From Candidatus Versatilivorator sp. (GTDB lineage Bacteria; Acidobacteriota; Terriglobia; Versatilivoradales; Versatilivoraceae), in NCBI GenBank assembly GCA_965207735.1, contig OZ242296.1, forward strand, positions 796,257 to 860,256: DNA of 64,000 nucleotides. Reading direction: 5' to 3'. Position 1 is the first letter of the stretch; every line of letters starts with the position of its first letter. The translations under genes and the position numbers were made by a program. Positions 27,123-35,784 of this stretch are shown here, one piece after another. The notes below the pieces were generated by a model. It made no database searches, was not told where the DNA came from, and saw only the letters and a program-made list of their open reading frames with translations.

Positions 27123-27939
27123 GCGGGTCGACGACTTCCTGCGGAACCAGATCAATCCGGACGGAGGATTCCGGGATCGTGTCGGCCAAAGCGATCTCTA
27201 CTACACCGTCTTCGGCCTTGAAGGTCTGATCGCCCTGCGACAAGAGCCGCCTTACTCGCGGGTGCGCCCCTTCCTGGAAGGATTCGGGGACGGCGATGGG
27301 TTGGACCTGGTCCATCTGGCCTGCCTGGCCCGCTGCTGGGCAGCTCTTCCTTCCGGCAGCCTCTCTCCCGAAACCTGCCGGTGCCTGGTCGAAAGGCTGG
27401 AATCCTTTCGAGCCGGGGACGGAGGATACGCACCCACCCCTGGTGCCCCCGCGGGCGCCGTTTACCACGGCTTTTTGGTCCTGGGAGCTTACCAGGACCT
27501 GGGGGTTCCCATCCCAGACCCTACGGGGTTGGCAACTTCGGTCCAGGCGCTTCAATTGGACAGCGGGGGCTTTTCCGGCCGCCCCGGCCTACCGGCCCCT
27601 TCCACCCCCAATACCGCGGCAGCCCTGACCCTTCTCCGGCAATTCGGCTCCCCTGCCCTCCCCGGAGGCTCCGACTGGCTCTTGAGCCAGGCCTGCCCCG
27701 ACGGCGGCTTTCGTGCAGCGGAAGACACGCCCATTCCCGACCTGCTCTCGACAGCTACCGCCCTGCATGCCCTGGCCGGGCAACAGGTTTCCTTCCAACA
27801 CCTCAAGGAACCAACGCTGGATTTTCTAGACACCCTCTGGACCAGCCGGGGAGCCTTCTACGGAAACTGGACCGACGAGGTGGCCGACTGCGAATACACC
27901 TACTACGCCTTGCTCGCCCTGGGCCACCTGAGCCTGTGA
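27055..27939 (+). CDS. Prenyltransferase/squalene-oxidase-repeat (alpha/alpha-barrel) protein, single barrel
   Basis: About 290 aa. Four or five repeats of the type 'INPDGGFRD', 'AGDGGYAPTPG', 'LDSGGFSGRPG', 'CPDGGFRAAED'. Possible starts are GTG 27055, TTG 27061 or ATG 27073. Overlaps the end of the upstream gene. Confidence 0.75.
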   Translation: MSLRLEMLQVARLAPNLLREATERVDDFLRNQINPDGGFRDRVGQSDLYYTVFGLEGLIALRQEPPYSRVRPFLEGFGDGDGLDLVHLACLARCWAALPSGSLSPETCRCLVERLESFRAGDGGYAPTPGAPAGAVYHGFLVLGAYQDLGVPIPDPTGLATSVQALQLDSGGFSGRPGLPAPSTPNTAAALTLLRQFGSPALPGGSDWLLSQACPDGGFRAAEDTPIPDLLSTATALHALAGQQVSFQHLKEPTLDFLDTLWTSRGAFYGNWTDEVADCEYTYYALLALGHLSL

Positions 27940-28010
27940 GACTCGGTAGCCCCGGGAGCGCGGGCATCCCGCCCCCATCCTTATTCCTGCAAATAGTCTC
28001 CCGTCCAGGG

Positions 28011-28160
28011 TCACTCCCTCGCAAAGCGCACCAAACCCACCTTCACGGGGTTCTCTTCCATAAGGCGGAAGGTAAGAAATTGCATTGTTTCCGCTTCGTC
28101 GAAGTGCGGGAGGTAGCCACGATCGTGCCAATTCCTCTGCGGGCGGGACGCCCGCGCTCC
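28011..28160 (-). pseudogene. Remnant of a REP-associated tyrosine transposase (RayT/IS200-like), N-terminal fragment only
   Basis: 'RPQRNWHDRGYLPHFDEAETMQFLTFRL' matches the characteristic N-terminus 'RGYLPH(F/W)..(x)..(Q/Y)F(V/L)TFRL' of this family. The ORF stops after ~45 aa of homology. Confidence 0.45.
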
Positions 28161-28281
28161 CGGGTGGGCCTTGTTGACGGACACCATTGCTTGCACCGCT
28201 AAACCAGTCCGAGAAATGATTGCAGTGTAGCCAATGCCCATTGAAGATAAAATCTCAGGAAATCTCAGGTTTTGGGCTAAC

Positions 28282-30363
28282 CCATCTTTAACACGGCTTC
28301 CAAGTATACGTTTATTATCAACAGGTTACAAAAGGCTCAACGCGCAAGTGGCACTACAAACGCGTTGAAACCGGAGATTTTGGAGGAATCAGACGATCAT
28401 CTTGCGGATCCCTCCAGGAGAGGGATCGATGCCCAGGGCGTCGTAGATGGCCCTCTGATCGGGTTCGGCCCGTGTGGCCTTGCGGACGTGCAAGGTCCGC
28501 CCGTCCTGACGCCGGAAGGTGACCGTGACCCGCTGCTGTCCTTCCAGGATGCGCCGCAGCGTGGTCCAACTGGAGGCCTCGCCGCGCTGCTTGAGGCGTT
28601 TGCGGATGACCTGCACCAGTTGATAGGCGATGACCGTCAGAAACAGGTGACCTTCCGAGCGCACCGGCTTGTGATGATAGATGGGCCGCAGGCCCAGCTC
28701 GGACTTCAGGGAGCGAAACACCGCTTCCACGTCGGTCAGAGTCGTGTAGGTACGCCAGAGACTTTCCTCGTCCCAGTCAGTCTGGTTGCTGCGCAGGCAG
28801 TAGACCCCCGGATGGGTGGCCATCGAGCCCTGGCGGGGACGGTGCTTCCATCTCAGCGCTGTCGCCTTGCGGCCGCTCTCGTCGGTGAGGACCTCGATGC
28901 TGTAGTGTTGCCCCACCCCGCGGCTCTGTTCCTTCAGCCGCCCGATCCTCTCCCGGACCTTCTCGACGCCTTTGTGAGTCCGCGGCCGGGAAAGCCCCTC
29001 GGAGAGTCGGGTGAGCCCCTGCTCGAAGCGCCGGCTGAAGCGCTCCACGATGCCCTTCTCCTTCTCAGCCCGCTGCTGTGAGCGGCAGTAGAGACGCACT
29101 TCCTGCCCGTCGTCGGAGATCTCCTTGTGGAGCTGCAGCTCGGCCTTGGAAGCCGTCTCCACCGTCACGGCCGCCTCGGCATCGAACTGCCTCCGGCCCT
29201 GGCGGCTGGCCACCAGGTAGCGATACCCTTCCTCCCTCAACCACTGGATCCGGTCCTCGGTCGCCACCCCCCGATCCATCACCACCAAGGCTCCCCGGGG
29301 CGCCTCCAGCGCCTCCAGCATCCCCTCCAGGGTGCGGGGCTCATCCACCCTACCGGCAAAGACCTCCGAGCGGCGCACAAACCCCGCCCCGTCCAGCACC
29401 AACCCCAGCGTCAGCAGCCGACAGTCGCTGCGCTTGTCCTTCGAGTGGCCCCGCTCGGCCTTGGGCTGATGGCTGGCCGCCCCTTCGAAGAAGGTGTTGG
29501 TCAGATCGAACAGGGTGACGGTCGGCTCCAGATCGAACAACCCCATGGCCCGGGTGAAGAGGTGACGCTCGATGGCCTCCCGATGCTTCATCAGCGCGTC
29601 CGAGGCCCGATACATCTGCATCAGACTCAGGCTCTCGAAGTCAACCTCCAGCAACTCGCCCAAGCCGCTGCGCCGCCTGAGCCAGCCCCAGGTGGCCCTC
29701 TCCGAGCCCGGTCGGGCCAGACGGCCTACCATGGCCCCCAACGCCGCTGCCCGCATCGGTCCGTTCAGCCCTAACTCGGTCAGCAGATCCCCCAGCCCCA
29801 ACTGCTCCAGCGCCCAGCAACCGACCTGCTCCACCCCCACGCTGCGCGGACGTGTCAAGGCCACCGAATCCACCTCGACCGTCTGCAGGTCCTCTGAGGC
29901 GGCCTCCCCGCCAACGCCGGTCACGTCGGCTTCGCCCTCAAGCAAGCGCTGGGCCATGCGTTGGGCTTCCTCCTCCAACGGGGTGGAAGCCACCGGCAAG
30001 AGAGGCAACTGACCGGTGAGGATCTGATCGAGACGGCGGCACAACAAGGGCCAGTCCTCACGGGGGATCGAGAAGTGTCGACCGAGGTTGAGGAGGGTCT
30101 GCTGGCGGACCTTGCCACTGACGCGATGGGAGCGGACGAGGCGGTGGGTGAAGTAGGTCTGTCCGGAATGGAGGCTGCGGGTCTGGGTGCGTCGGATGAA
30201 CATGGGAGGGACGCTACCAGAGGAGAGAGAGGGGGTCAAGCCCATCCCATACGATTATGGCACTACATTCACCTCCTCAACCAAGAATCAACAACTTACG
30301 GGTGGTTTTAGGCTAAAATGGGGGTAAAATACCTCAAATCGGCCGTTTCTTTGTTAAAGATGG
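28282..30363 (-). mobile_element. IS1634-family insertion sequence, 2082 bp, 12-bp TIRs, 6-bp TSD
   Basis: Ends 'ccatctttaaca' (28282-28293) and 'tgttaaagatgg' (30352-30363) are exact reverse complements. Direct repeat GCTAAC at 28276-28281 and 30364-30369. Confidence 0.85.
28389..30203 (-). CDS. IS1634-family (IS4 superfamily) transposase
   Basis: About 604 aa from 'MFIRRTQTRSLHSGQTYFTHRLVRS...' (typical IS1634 N-terminus). DDE-type core. The track ORF starts 14 codons further upstream. Confidence 0.85.
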   Translation of the reverse strand: MFIRRTQTRSLHSGQTYFTHRLVRSHRVSGKVRQQTLLNLGRHFSIPREDWPLLCRRLDQILTGQLPLLPVASTPLEEEAQRMAQRLLEGEADVTGVGGEAASEDLQTVEVDSVALTRPRSVGVEQVGCWALEQLGLGDLLTELGLNGPMRAAALGAMVGRLARPGSERATWGWLRRRSGLGELLEVDFESLSLMQMYRASDALMKHREAIERHLFTRAMGLFDLEPTVTLFDLTNTFFEGAASHQPKAERGHSKDKRSDCRLLTLGLVLDGAGFVRRSEVFAGRVDEPRTLEGMLEALEAPRGALVVMDRGVATEDRIQWLREEGYRYLVASRQGRRQFDAEAAVTVETASKAELQLHKEISDDGQEVRLYCRSQQRAEKEKGIVERFSRRFEQGLTRLSEGLSRPRTHKGVEKVRERIGRLKEQSRGVGQHYSIEVLTDESGRKATALRWKHRPRQGSMATHPGVYCLRSNQTDWDEESLWRTYTTLTDVEAVFRSLKSELGLRPIYHHKPVRSEGHLFLTVIAYQLVQVIRKRLKQRGEASSWTTLRRILEGQQRVTVTFRRQDGRTLHVRKATRAEPDQRAIYDALGIDPSPGGIRKMIV

Positions 30364-30377
30364 GCTAACCATATCCG

Positions 30378-32294
30378 ATGAATTCAAATACTGTGCTCGA
30401 TCGCGAAAAACTCAGGCACACCTTGGCTCGCGCCACCCGCAAGCTGCTGGATTCCCGGGTCCCGGCAGGCCACTGGGAAGGTGAGTTGTCGAGCAGCGCC
30501 CTCTCCACCGCCACCGCGGTGCTGGCTTTGGCCCTGCTGCTGCGGGAGGGAGAAGGGCGTCTGGATCCGAGTCTGGCGGCCACCTGTCGGAATTTGACGG
30601 CCAAGGGAAGGGACTGGCTGGTTGAGAACCAAAATCCGGACGGTGGTTTCGGCGATACAGTCGGGAGCCCCGGCAACCTGAGCACCACGGCGCTGGGCTG
30701 GGGGGCCTTGACAGCCGCGGACGGTGGTTGTGACCAGACTCTGAACGCTACTCGGGCCTGGCTGACGGCCAGGACCGGAGGTCTGGACGCCGGGGCGCTG
30801 GCCACGGCCATTACCGCCCGCTATGGGGATGATCGCACCTTCTCGGCACCCATCCTGACCGCCTGCGCCCTGGCCGGAGCCTTCGGACCGGATAAAGGCG
30901 TCTGGAGCCGCGTCCCTCAGCTCCCTTTCGAGCTGGCCGTCTGTCCCCCGCAGTGGTTCAAGTGGCTGCGCCTGCCGGTGGTCAGCTATGCCCTGCCGGC
31001 CCTGATCGCCATCGGCCAGGTCCGCCACTGCTTCCATGCCACTCGAAATCCCTTGCTGCGCCTGATCCGCTCCCTGGCACGACGAAGGAGCCTGGAGATC
31101 CTGCAGACCATTCAGCCGGCAAGCGGCGGTTACCTGGAAGCGGTTCCTCTCACCAGCTTCGTGATCATGAGCCTGGCGGCCAGCGGGCAGGCATGCCACC
31201 CGGTCGTCTTGCGGGGTGTGGATTTTTTGGCGGCCACCGCTCGGGCCGACGGATCCTGGCCCATCGATACCAACCTGGCAACCTGGGTGACCACCCAGTC
31301 CCTCGCTTCCCTGGCGGCCGGAGGGGATCTCGAATCCCACCTGGATGCGGAAGAGCGCCGAGACCTCCGGCGCTGGCTGCTGGATCAGCAATATCACAGC
31401 CTGCACCCCTATACCCATGCCGAGCCTGGCGGCTGGGCCTGGACCGATCTGCCGGGCGGGGTTCCGGATGCCGACGATACCGCCGGCGCCCTGCTGGCCT
31501 TGAGCTACCTGGGACCCGGCGATGTCGAGTCGATTCAAGCCGCTTCCGCCGGCGTGGAGTGGCTGCTCGATCTGCAGAACTCTGACGGAGGCATTCCAAC
31601 CTTCTGTCGTGGCTGGGGCCGGCTGCCCTTCGACCGCAGCAGCCCCGATCTCACGGCCCATGCGCTGCTGGCCTGGTCAAGCTGGCAACAGGCTGTTCCG
31701 CTCCGGCTTCGATCCCGCCTGCAGTCGGCCGGGAGGCGCGGTGTGAACTATCTGTCCGTTTCCCAACGAGAGGACGGCGCCTGGGTGCCGCTCTGGTTCG
31801 GTAACCAGGCGGCCCGAGGCGAAGAGAACCCGACCTATGGCACGGCCCGGGTAGTGCTGGCTCTCAACCGTCTGAGCGACGACGGAGACTTTCCGGTTGA
31901 AGGAATGAGGAGTCGAGGCATCGACTGGTTGCTGGCTGCGCAGAACGCCGACGGTGGCTGGGGCGGATCTGCAGGAGTGGCATCCACCATCGAAGAGACG
32001 GCTCTGGCGGTACAGACCCTGGCGGATGCCCCGGATGTGGCTTCGCATTCCCTGGACCTGACGAGGAGCCCCGTGGAGGTCGCCATCGCCAAGGGGGTAT
32101 CCTTGCTGGTCGCTGCCACCCGAGGGGGGCGGGATTTCAAGCCGTCGCCCATCGGACTCTACTTTTCCAAGCTGTGGTACTTCGAGCGCCAGTATCCGGT
32201 TATCTTCTCCGTGGCCGCCCTGGGTCGGGCAGCCTCCACGGATTATCGATGCACCCTTTCCAATACCTCGGCCGGCGGAGGCGGAAACAGGTAG
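30378..32294 (+). CDS. shc: Squalene-hopene cyclase
   Basis: 638 aa. Catalytic 'GVPDADDTAGALLAL' (DxDD). Multiple QW-type repeats: 'QNPDGGFG', 'QNSDGGIP', 'QREDGAWVPLWF', 'QNADGGWGG'. Confidence 0.9.
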   Translation: MNSNTVLDREKLRHTLARATRKLLDSRVPAGHWEGELSSSALSTATAVLALALLLREGEGRLDPSLAATCRNLTAKGRDWLVENQNPDGGFGDTVGSPGNLSTTALGWGALTAADGGCDQTLNATRAWLTARTGGLDAGALATAITARYGDDRTFSAPILTACALAGAFGPDKGVWSRVPQLPFELAVCPPQWFKWLRLPVVSYALPALIAIGQVRHCFHATRNPLLRLIRSLARRRSLEILQTIQPASGGYLEAVPLTSFVIMSLAASGQACHPVVLRGVDFLAATARADGSWPIDTNLATWVTTQSLASLAAGGDLESHLDAEERRDLRRWLLDQQYHSLHPYTHAEPGGWAWTDLPGGVPDADDTAGALLALSYLGPGDVESIQAASAGVEWLLDLQNSDGGIPTFCRGWGRLPFDRSSPDLTAHALLAWSSWQQAVPLRLRSRLQSAGRRGVNYLSVSQREDGAWVPLWFGNQAARGEENPTYGTARVVLALNRLSDDGDFPVEGMRSRGIDWLLAAQNADGGWGGSAGVASTIEETALAVQTLADAPDVASHSLDLTRSPVEVAIAKGVSLLVAATRGGRDFKPSPIGLYFSKLWYFERQYPVIFSVAALGRAASTDYRCTLSNTSAGGGGNR

Positions 32295-32339
32295 CTTGCC
32301 GTGTAACCGACGAACAGGTCTGCCATGGTTCGACTCCGT

Positions 32340-33914
32340 TCAATAGGTCGGCTTCCCTACCCCGCGGGGAGCATGGAAGCTCCCGCGGGTGAGTCCCCGG
32401 CCGGCTTCGATGTAGTCGTCCAGCTTCCGCTTCAGATCCGCCACTACATCCGGGTATTGCGCGGCCACATCCGTCAGCTCGTCGGGGTCCTTTTCGCGGC
32501 TGTAGAGCTGGGGCGGATAGGTGCCGGAGTATTCGTCCGGATTCCACACCGCGCTGAAGTTCCATTCAGGGGTTCGCACCGCCCCGATCCATCCGTAGGC
32601 CATGACGGCGTGATCGTGAATGCTCCGGGTTTTCCCCGTGACCAGCGGCCAGAAGTCCTTTCCGGTGACCCGCGGGACCGGCTCCAGTTCCAGTCGTCCC
32701 AGCAGGGTGGGAACGTAGTCGGGGATCTGGACGAAGCCGCCCACTCGCCGGCCGGCGCCTTCCCTGCCGGGCAGGCGAACCAGCAGGGGCAGATGAGACA
32801 CTTGGCGGCGAATGCGTTCCGGCCCTTTGCAGAACTGGCCCTGCTCCCCCAGCAGTGCTCCATGATCAGACATGAAGGCCACGATGGAGTTGTCGAACAG
32901 TCCCAGTTCCTCGATCGCCTTGAAGATCTCTCCCAGCCAGTAGTCCACACATTCGCTTTCGGCGAAGTAGTTGGCTCTCAAGCGTTTGACTCCCTCCTCC
33001 GGAACCTCGACATCATCATAGGGCGGCGTGGCCCAGGTGGGTCCCTTGGCATTGGGCATGTAATTGTCCAGAAACCTCCTGGGCGGGTCCCAGGGCTCGT
33101 GGGGATCGAAGGCCTCCATTTGGAGGAAAAAGGGCTTGTGGCCGTGATTTTCCCTGAGCCAGGCAATGACCTTCCTGGCAGTAATTTCAATCAGGGATTC
33201 GCCCTCCTTCAGCCACCGGCTCATGTTCAGCTTACCCTGGTTGACTTCCCACCGCAGGTCGGCTCTGGAGAAAGGGCTGAAATTCTCCAAGTAGGCTTCC
33301 GGGACCACATCGGTGATCTCCGGCAGTTGGTGAGGCAAGGTGGCGTAGTAATCGAAGGAATGGCCTCTGACCCAGTCGAAATAGCGGAAACCTCGATGAA
33401 AGTTTCGCCCCGGCCGGGTGAAATGGAGAATGTCGGCGATCAGGGCGGTGGCGTAGCCGGCTTCATGAAGGGTCTCGGCCAGGGTGACATCTTCGAAAAA
33501 CAATGGATGCCAGCCAGGCATTTGCACCGGATCATGCTGCTGATAGTAGTCGAAAGGCACGATTCTTCGTCCGGTCATGAGGTTTCGCCGAATGGGAACC
33601 GTCGGCAAGGCCTCCGGGTAGGCATCTTCGAAGATGACGCTGTCTTGCGCAAAGCGGTTGAGGTTGGGGCAGTCCACCTGGTTACCCCCATAGCAGGCCA
33701 GGTTGTCGGCACGAAAGGTGTCCACGTCCAGCAGGATGAGATTCAGCCGGTTGCCCTTGTCCCTCTGGTCCGGCGGTTTTTCCCAGACTCCGCCGGAAGC
33801 ATCAGTGTCACTCCCCTCAGGCCGGCTGCCGGCGCAGCCCGCCAGGCCGACGGCCGCCGCCGAGGCCGGAGCCCGCGTCAGAAATTCCCTTCTGGAGAAA
33901 TGTTTGGGCGCCAT
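32340..33914 (-). CDS. Tat-exported sulfatase-family (alkaline-phosphatase superfamily) hydrolase with Thr at the nucleophile position
   Basis: Start at the ATG at 33914 (AAGGAG upstream). 'SRREFLTRAPASAAAVGLAGC' Tat/lipobox leader, 'LILLDVDTFRAD'. The signature region reads 'TVPIRRNLMTGR' where sulfatases have (C/S)xPxRxxx(L/M)TGR. Confidence 0.75.
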   Translation of the reverse strand: MAPKHFSRREFLTRAPASAAAVGLAGCAGSRPEGSDTDASGGVWEKPPDQRDKGNRLNLILLDVDTFRADNLACYGGNQVDCPNLNRFAQDSVIFEDAYPEALPTVPIRRNLMTGRRIVPFDYYQQHDPVQMPGWHPLFFEDVTLAETLHEAGYATALIADILHFTRPGRNFHRGFRYFDWVRGHSFDYYATLPHQLPEITDVVPEAYLENFSPFSRADLRWEVNQGKLNMSRWLKEGESLIEITARKVIAWLRENHGHKPFFLQMEAFDPHEPWDPPRRFLDNYMPNAKGPTWATPPYDDVEVPEEGVKRLRANYFAESECVDYWLGEIFKAIEELGLFDNSIVAFMSDHGALLGEQGQFCKGPERIRRQVSHLPLLVRLPGREGAGRRVGGFVQIPDYVPTLLGRLELEPVPRVTGKDFWPLVTGKTRSIHDHAVMAYGWIGAVRTPEWNFSAVWNPDEYSGTYPPQLYSREKDPDELTDVAAQYPDVVADLKRKLDDYIEAGRGLTRGSFHAPRGVGKPTY

Positions 33915-34181
33915 GGAGATACTCCTTTCCCTTGTCGGGAACACACCTGTTTCACTCTGTATCAGCCGCCTCATTATATGGGACGGCAGCGCAGCCGGGT
34001 GAGAAGTGAATAGTGGAGAGTGGAGAGTTATTTGACCGGTTGGTGTTTCACTCTGCATGATTTGCACGCCAGGGCGGTGCTGGACTTGTAGCCGCTGGGC
34101 CAGCCGGTGCACGACTTCGCTGAAGAAGGATCGGTTTCGTGAGAAAATACCATCCCTCACGATGACCATAAAGGAGGCGCC

Positions 34182-35147
34182 TTGAAGAAAATCACTCGTG
34201 ATCAGGCCAGAAAGTATGCCTTTGATTGGGAAGACGAGCCGCTGTTGAGAGTCAGGCCCGGCGAGAGCTTCGAAATCGAGACCTGGGATGCCAGCACCGG
34301 CTATTTTCGCACCCCGGACGACAAGGCCATTCCAAGCCTGCGGCCCGGATTCGACCGAGACCCTCCGCTGGCCAATCCCATTGGCGGACCGGTCTGGCTG
34401 GAGGGCGCTGAAGCGGGAGACCTGCTCGAAGTGAACATCGAGGCCATCACGGTGGCGGAGTATTCCTGGACGGCGGTGGGTCCCAACCGCGGACCTCTGG
34501 GCGCCTCAACCCGCTGGCCGGAGCTTTCATCCCAATACGCCACCAGGATCTTCCGTCATGCTTCAGGGCCCAGCGGCACCACCCGGGACGGCACCTTGCA
34601 TTTCAATCAACGGATCCAGTGGCCCATCACTCCCTTTGTCGGGACTCTGGGGGTGGCCCCTGACCGCGAGGTAACTACCAGCGGCGACGGACAGGGCCCC
34701 TGGGGCGGCAACCTGGACATCCGTGATCTGGCCCCCGGAAATAAAATCTATCTTCCCATCTTTCATCCGGGCGCCCGTTTTTACCTGGGCGATATCCACG
34801 CCAGTCAAGGGGACACCGAATTCACCGGTACGGCCGCGGAAACCAATGCCACCGTGCGCCTGAGCCTTGAACTGGCGAAGGGCAAGACCATTCCCTTCAT
34901 GCGGATCGAAAAGCCCGACTCCATCGTTGCCGTCCACGCCTACCGGCCCCTGGAAGTTGCCGTGGAGACGGCCACCTTCCACCTGATGGACTGGCTCATC
35001 ACCGATTACGGATTCACCCCCACCGACGCCTACTGCCTGGTGAGCGTCTGTCCCGACTTCCGCATCAACGTCTATCAGATGTGCAAGCTGGGAAAGCTGA
35101 ACTTCGTGGCGGGGGCAGAGATTCCCACCCGCTACCTCGACCGGTAA
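34182..35147 (+). CDS. Acetamidase/formamidase family protein
   Basis: 321 aa. TTG start with AAGGAGG 5 nt upstream. 'GPVWLEGAEAGDLLEV', 'GGNLDIRDL' and 'GDIHASQGDTEFTGTA' are typical FmdA/AmdA family strings. Confidence 0.8.
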   Translation: MKKITRDQARKYAFDWEDEPLLRVRPGESFEIETWDASTGYFRTPDDKAIPSLRPGFDRDPPLANPIGGPVWLEGAEAGDLLEVNIEAITVAEYSWTAVGPNRGPLGASTRWPELSSQYATRIFRHASGPSGTTRDGTLHFNQRIQWPITPFVGTLGVAPDREVTTSGDGQGPWGGNLDIRDLAPGNKIYLPIFHPGARFYLGDIHASQGDTEFTGTAAETNATVRLSLELAKGKTIPFMRIEKPDSIVAVHAYRPLEVAVETATFHLMDWLITDYGFTPTDAYCLVSVCPDFRINVYQMCKLGKLNFVAGAEIPTRYLDR

Positions 35148-35443
35148 AGGCTTCCTTGGGTCCGGCAGACGGGAATTCTGTGCTCAGTGCGAGCGGTCCA
35201 GGCCGCCACGTCCTGGGAGAGCAGGTCGGAAGTTAACGTGAATGCATCTTGCACCCCGGAAACGCTCCCAGGACGATTTTGGCTCTCTCAGCGGGCACTT
35301 TCTCCCCGCCTGTGGGCTATCCGGAATTTCTGTCCCGATCGTCCGAAAAACGAGGCTGTAGGATTCGCCGTACTGCATCCTCTCGGGGGCCGGCGATCTG
35401 GAGCACCTGGAGGCAGGAGGCCGTACGTGATAGGATAGGCTGT

Positions 35444-35677
35444 ATGAGCCCTGAAAGCATCACTCTCATCGGTATCGGAGTTGCCCTGCTCAGTGCCCTG
35501 GTGCTCCTCTTCCGCTGGCTGCGCCGGGACCTCCAGGGTCTACGCCAGGACATGAGGGACATGGAAGGCCGCCTAAATGCCCGGATCGACGCCTTGAGCT
35601 CGCGGATCGACTCGGTCAACTCCCGGATCGACGCTCTCTTTCAGGCCCTCTTCAGCCGCAAAGACCCCGCAGCGTGA
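35444..35677 (+). CDS. Small membrane-anchored coiled-coil protein (77 aa), hypothetical
   Basis: TM 'ITLIGIGVALLSALVLLF' followed by repeats 'RIDALSSRIDSVNSRIDAL'. No family recognised. Confidence 0.4.
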   Translation: MSPESITLIGIGVALLSALVLLFRWLRRDLQGLRQDMRDMEGRLNARIDALSSRIDSVNSRIDALFQALFSRKDPAA

Positions 35678-35784
35678 AGGCTTGGTTCCTTTTCTCTCCC
35701 CGTTATCCAACCTCACGTTAAAATCAGGACCCACGGAGATAAAGAGTGAACCACCAATGAACACGAAATAGTCTATCGTGTTTG

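Noticed and set aside
25281-27155. 624-aa minus-strand ORF
   Set aside because: Antisense to the DUF116::polyprenyl synthase gene. No recognisable domains.
30384-31661. 425-aa minus-strand ORF
   Set aside because: Antisense to shc. Gly/Ala/Pro/Arg-rich shadow ORF.
32325-34013. 562-aa plus-strand ORF
   Set aside because: Antisense to the sulfatase-family gene, which has a signal peptide, metal-binding and signature motifs.
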